This document shows positions 61,985 through 64,000 of a stretch of 64,000 nucleotides of DNA, one piece after another. Below the pieces are notes generated by a model. The model saw only the letters and a list, made by a program, of their open reading frames with translations, did not search any database and was not told the origin of the DNA. Both the position numbers and the translations under genes were made by a program. Numbering within the stretch: the first letter of the stretch is position 1; each line of letters opens with the position of its first letter. The stretch comes from Lama guanicoe (Eukaryota): assembly GCA_013239625.1 (NCBI GenBank), contig MU054204.1, forward strand, positions 520,879 through 584,878, read 5' to 3'.

Positions 61985-64000
61985 TAATGATTAGGGTGCA
62001 TGAACTACTTTTAACCCTAATGTAAAAGTTAGTAGATAAAAATTTGTTAATGGATGAACAATATTTAAAAAGCAAACTCTGTACACAAGAACAAAAAGTA
62101 TAAGCGTTAGGGGGGAGTAAAAGTATTTTTGTATACTGTTGTTTAAGTTGTTAACAACTTAAAATAGAAGGTTATAACTACAAGATATTTCAAGCAAGCC
62201 TTGAGCTAAACACACACACATGTGCACATACACAAAACACCTATAACAGATACACAAAAGACATAGAGAAGAAAACTAAAGCAAATCACTATTTAAAAAA
62301 TCATCAAATAACAAAGGAAGACAGCAAGAGTGGAAGAGAGGGGTGGGAAGGGATAGACTGGGATTTCAAAATTGTAGAATAGATAAACAAGATTATACTG
62401 TATAACACAGGGAAATATACACAAAATGTTATGAAAACTCACAGAAAAAAAATGTGACAATGAGTGTGTATATATCCATGAATGACTGAAAAATTGTGCT
62501 GAACACTGGAATTTGACACAACATTGTAAAATGATTATAAATCAATAAAAAATGTTTAAAAAAATTGCAAGACATACAAAAAGCAATGATCAAAATGGCA
62601 ATATTAAGTTCTCACTTATCAATAATCACCATAAATGTAAATGATTTAAGTTCATCAAACAAAAGACATAGAGTAGCTGAATTGATTTTTTAAAAAAGAT
62701 CAGAAATACCCTGTTTACAAGATTCAGTTTAGAATTAAAGACACCATAGTCTGAAAGCAAAGGGATGGAAAAGATATTGCATGCAAATGGTAACCAAAAG
62801 AAACAAGGGTAGCTATACTTATATTAGACAAAATACGCTTTAAGTCTAAAACTGTCTCTAGAAACAAAGAAGGACATTATATAATGATTAAATGGTCAAT
62901 ACAACAGGAAAATATAATAATTATAAATATACATATGCACCCAACATCAGAGAACCTAAATATATAAAGCAAATAATGGCAGATTTGAAGGCAGAAATTG
63001 ACATCAATATAATAATAACGGGGGGCTTCAATACTCCACTTATAATAATGGATAGAATATGCAGACAGAAAATCAATAAAGAAACAGTCAACTTGAATAA
63101 CAATATTGACCTAACATATACAGCAATTCCCACACAACAGCAGCAGAAGACACATTCTTCTCAAGGGCACATAGAACATTCTCCAGGAAAGATAACATGT
63201 TAGGTCACAAAACAAGTTATAACAAGTTTAAGAAAATGGAAATCATTTCAAGTATCTCTTCTGACCATAACAGAATGAAATATAAATCAATAATAGCAAG
63301 AAAATAGAAAAATTAACAAATACATGAAAACTAAATAATATATCCTTGAACAATCATTAGGTCAAAGAGGAAATCCAAATGGGATTTTAAAAATATCTTC
63401 AGAAAAAAAATGAAAACACAACATAACAAAACATAGGGATGCAGCAAAAATAATTGTAAGAGGGAAGTTCATAGCAATTAACACCTCCATTTAAAAAAAG
63501 GATCTTAAATAAACAACCTGAAGTCACATATCAGGGAGCTGGAAAACCAACAGAATAAACCCAAAGTTAGCAGAAAGAAGGAAATAATAAATATCAGAGC
63601 AGAACTAAATCAAATAGATTTTAAAAATTATAAAAAGTCAACAAAGCTAGAGGTAATTTTTTAAAAATGAGTAAAATTGACAAACCCTCAGCTAGAGTAA
63701 AGAAAAAAAAAGTAGAGAGGACTCAAATAAAGTCAGAAATGAAAGAGAAGACATTACAAAAGATGCCTTAGAAATAAAAAGGAACATAAGGAACTATTAT
63801 AAACAAACTAGATAACCTAGAAATTGATACATTCCTAGAAACAAATTACTAAAATTGAATCAGAAAGAAATAGAAAGCCTGAACAGACCAATAACAAATA
63901 GGGAGATTGAATCAGTAATCAAAAATCTCCCCAGAAAAGAAAAGTCCAGGACCTGATGGCTTCATGTGTGAATTCTACCAAGCATTCAAAGAACTAATAC
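61985..64000 (+). mobile_element. Old L1M inter-ORF region and decayed ORF2 (endonuclease onward), running off the window
   Basis: YAPNIREPKYIKQIMADLKAEID..IIITGGFNTPL..MDR..RQKINKE; aaaagtccaggacctgatggcttc; multiple frameshifts. Confidence 0.92.
62340..62564 (+). mobile_element. Young L1 3' end nested in the old L1M
   Basis: gggtgggaagggatagactgggatttcaaaattgtagaatag...aataaaaaatgtttaaaaaaa. Confidence 0.9.

Noticed and set aside
60019..63203. L1 ORF1/ORF2 fragments as active genes
   Set aside because: Many stops and frameshifts, a nested insertion and an inversion.

Overview
Mammalian genomic DNA. The tRNA-derived SINE family and L1 3' UTRs suggest a camelid, but this is inference. The window holds the 5' part of DGKK (diacylglycerol kinase kappa, X-linked in human) on the + strand: a CpG-island promoter, exon 1 (Pro-rich region plus about 32 EPAP-type repeats), a 49-kb intron 1, and exons 2-4 encoding the PH domain. 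All four exon junctions are phase 0; exon 5 onward is not recognisable in the window. The rest is intronic with 12 SINEs, about 15 young L1 3' ends, older L1M/L2/MIR/MER relics and microsatellites. Most notable: (1) an ancient, degenerate ~3-kb array of about 20 or more motif+A-rich-spacer units in intron 1 (9.0-12.0 kb) that no repeat class I recognise explains; (2) a strong-Kozak uORF in frame with DGKK and separated from it by a single TAG; (3) a ~2.65-kb genomic inversion splitting one old L1; (4) a SINE-L1 relic-SINE composite inside one target-site duplication (TSD); (5) several L1 transductions and a twin-priming inversion. Repeat family names come from recalled consensus sequences, not from a database search; repeat boundaries are approximate.
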